From Nemertoderma westbladi (Eukaryota; Animalia; Xenacoelomorpha), in the NCBI GenBank assembly GCA_032718475.1, contig JAUCBJ010002730.1, forward strand, positions 1 to 39,394: a DNA stretch of 39,394 nt. The letters are read 5' to 3'. How positions within the stretch are numbered: position 1 is the stretch's first letter; each line of letters starts with the position of its first letter. The notes under the pieces are model-generated. The model did no database searches, had not been told where the DNA came from, and saw only the letters and a program-made list of their open reading frames with translations. Of this stretch, positions 36,252 to 39,394 are shown piece by piece. A program made the position numbers and the translations under genes.

Positions 36252-37718
36252 CCCTGTTGAAAATTCATAGTACATTTCCTAAGATTTGCAAGTTCCTTGC
36301 TATCAGTTTATTACACTTGTCAAAATATGTTTAGTAACAAAAATTTGGTAAACTTAATAGAGCATGTAAGTTATTTCTTTAGTTTTAATAAATATTGCAA
36401 GTGTTACTTTGCTCACTTATATTTTGCAGGTACTTGCCATGTCCCTGCAAAGTATTGCATATATGCAGATATAGGCTTACTGCAGTACTGTTAGTTGTTG
36501 GGCGAGCTTGTACTTGCCTGAGTATAGGCATAACAATGTCACCACTGTATTACATACAACAGTTCAGTAGTTTCAGTGGGGCCTGCCAGTTGTCAGGTCT
36601 GAATGCAGCTATCCCAGGTAGCACATGACATCCACGAAAGAAATTAAACGTTCATATTGGTACTTTTTTCCTGCGATTCTGAACATCTATGAAATATTGT
36701 TTAATATAGGTAAAAAATGCTGACGTTGTTAGTAATATATCAAATTGGGACATTGACATTAGGTAATTTAACGTCCTAATGGATCGAAATTGAATATGAA
36801 CCAAAACAAACTAATATTTAGCATTCCTATTACATTATTCAGTTTTGCGTTCTTTTTTGGTGATTTAATGAGTGATTCCTCTGATTACCAAAGCTGCTAT
36901 GTTAGAAAGCAATAAGAAAAGAAAATAATGAAGAAAGAAAGCCGAAAAATGTTGTTTTGTTTATACCAAATACTATTAAATTTTGTTGAGATAAAGCAGA
37001 TATATGGGCGTTGGAATGTTCAAGCTATTAATATCGCAAGATAAATATTTTTAATCGCAAAACATTATTTTTTAATTGTGCAGTTTTCTTATGCTTCAAT
37101 TGCTTTTGTGTATTATTTACATTTTTGAATAAATATAAAATGACAAATGACCTATTACAAGGTCTTAAAGTTAATACATTGTCGTAGATTTATCAATATG
37201 AATATTCTATTTTGTCTGAAAATAAGATAAATTATATTAATCTAACTAATCGAATACGAATATATGGGTCATCACCAAAATATATCAAGGATACTCTCAT
37301 ATCACTATGGATTAAATATTTTCATATATACTCTGCTGTTTCTTGTTCTAAATGTATAGGGTATTGTAGGTGTAGGCCTGTAGATTGTAGGGTGTAGGGA
37401 TTGGATAAGGTACCCCCCCCCCCCCCCCCCCACCCCCCTCCCATCTACACAGAACATGCACACACATGCACAGTGCAGTGATTGGTCAGTCTCACGTTTG
37501 AGTTTTATATTATAATTTGCATTGATAAATTTATAATTACTTTCTATTTACATGACATACTGTTTAAAATTACCAAGTGCCTAATTAAAACTTTACATTC
37601 ATAGAAAGATTTGGCTTATTAAGTGATATACTTTACATATCTTGGCAAGTACTTGTTAAGAAGATAGCAAGTAGACTTTACAAGTACTTAGTATGTGTAA
37701 CAGGGATTTTCAACAGGG
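36252..37718. mobile_element. Non-autonomous CACTA/CMC (EnSpm-like) DNA transposon inserted in the minisatellite
   Basis: 13-bp TIR ccctgttgaaaat/attttcaacaggg, 2-bp TSD aa splitting the unit ctccaa|cgatctcg, subterminal gcaagt/acttgc repeats. Confidence 0.82.
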
Positions 37719-38120
37719 AACGATCTCGCCCCACCCACTCCTTCAACCTCCAACGACTCTGCCCCACCCACTCCTTCAACCTCGGACAACCCTGCCCCAC
37801 TCACTCCTTTAAACTCCAACGACCCTGCCCCACCCCCTCCTTTAAACTCCAATGACCCTGCCCCATACACTCCTTTAAACTCCGACGACCCTGCCCCACC
37901 CCCTCCTTTAAACTCCAATGACCCTGCCCCATCCACTCCTTCAACCTCCGACAACCCTGCCCCATTCACTCCTTTAAAATCAGACAACCCTGCCCCACCC
38001 ACTCCTTTAAATTCCAACGACCCAGCCCCACCCACTTCTTTAAACTCCAACGACCCTGCCCCACCCACTCCTTTAAACTCCATCGACACAGCCCCACTCA
38101 CTCCTTTAAACTCCGACAAC
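37719..38120. repeat. 30-bp C-rich minisatellite, right block
   Basis: Same unit as 34490-36251, resuming in register after the insertion. Confidence 0.95.
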
Positions 38121-39175
38121 TTAGGCACTTCAATATCTCTCTGTATCTCTGCTTTATTGTCCAATCTTCTAGTTGCTCTGCTTCTTTTTGGGTAAGATTT
38201 GATAACTTCCGTGTTATTCCACCTTCTTCTTCTTGTATTCAATACCTTTTCTCCTTCCTTTTCAACCCCATAAACAAGTTAACATCCATGTATTTACAAT
38301 TATTTTATACATTGATTTCATTTACTATTAATACACTTTGTAAAAAGTAGCACTTTTTAGAGGTCGGCCAGAGTGTGTTTATTATCTGAACGAAGCGAGT
38401 GTTATAAAATGTCATAACGCTATAAAGTGCATCTTTCTTATAAGTATGTTTGTAATTTTCTCCAATTATATCAACTTTATACATAGAAACTTGTTTGCAC
38501 TTAACTTGAAATTGTGAATCCCAGGCATAACCAAGAAAGTTCAACTTTTTGATCCTATAACAATTTTTCTAGAACTGTACAAAGTTGATATAATTAGAGA
38601 ATTAGAGAAAAACACTTAAGGCCCCGGTAGCACTACTTCAATAATTTTTTTCAAAAATTTTTTTAATTTCATCTAGAGCAGATTTATCAAGATTCCAAAT
38701 TTGAAAACCGCTTAGCAAGATCTGTCCTATTTCTCGAGATATTGCTGTCTGTCCGTTTTACTGTCGGTTTGTCCGTCAGTATGTCTGTCCGTCAATAAAA
38801 AACATACGATTTGTCTAATAAAATTCCCTGTGTGGGTTTTCGTGGTCGGTGACTTCATTTCTGATGTCATTAATCAAATTTGCCCTTCGTCGGTTCTGTC
38901 TGTATGCCTGTCAGTCTGTCTGTCAAAATATAACCTATTTTTAGCATGGTTTATGCTTTCTTGTTGATACCTATATATTGACAAACTTTCTCACATATTA
39001 ACAGACAATTTTTGCGCGGGAAGGTTCAAATTTTAAAGGCAATTATCTCGGAATGGTTTTTTTTGCATAAAAATAGCTTCAGACAATTCAATTTTCAATA
39101 AATTTTCAAAAATTTTGCTCGGAGGGGTAAAATATACATTTACATACGGATACGGATTACACAGGATTACGTTGT

Positions 39176-39283
39176 ACCTGATTCATACCGGGGACAATTG
39201 CATGAATACACAACGACAAACCGGGGACGATTAACAATCCGGGGACGTCCCCGGAGTGAATTGGTAGCTAAAATGCAATCTAC
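39176..39283 (+). repeat. Dispersed GGGGAC-rich repeat, copy 2
   Basis: Direct repeat of 33455-33562. Confidence 0.85.
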
Positions 39284-39394
39284 ATCAACATCATTTTTTC
39301 TTCATAATCAGTATGAAATAAATGAATCGCTTATTAAAATATAAATTTTAGAAACGAAATAATACATGTATTGTTTTCTTCTTATATATTAAGA

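Noticed and set aside
36429-36494. Candidate ADAM exon 5 giving HELGHNIGTCH
   Set aside because: It lies in the transposon's subterminal repeats, lacks the conserved Asp after His and the Met-turn, and stops quickly. The true exon was not found in the window.

Overview
AT-rich eukaryotic DNA, most likely from an invertebrate animal, with GT-AG introns and many transposon remains. It holds (1) four dispersed tRNA-Asp(GTC) copies at 3.7-10.7 kb, one probably a pseudogene, interleaved with antisense RTE-type LINE fragments, a 30-bp minisatellite and a MITE; (2) an apparently intact three-exon GT31 beta-1,3-glycosyltransferase gene on the minus strand; (3) a 3.8-kb P-superfamily THAP transposon with 74-bp TIRs, a 7-bp TSD and a broken transposase, carrying a nested 40-bp perfect palindrome with its own 7-bp TSD; (4) the first four coding exons of an ADAM/reprolysin metalloprotease, whose exon-2 splice acceptor and putative furin site are amplified ninefold in a 76-bp tandem array; (5) a second 30-bp minisatellite split by a CACTA/CMC-type element, plus SINEs and other remnants. 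All calls come from manual reading; no database search was run.
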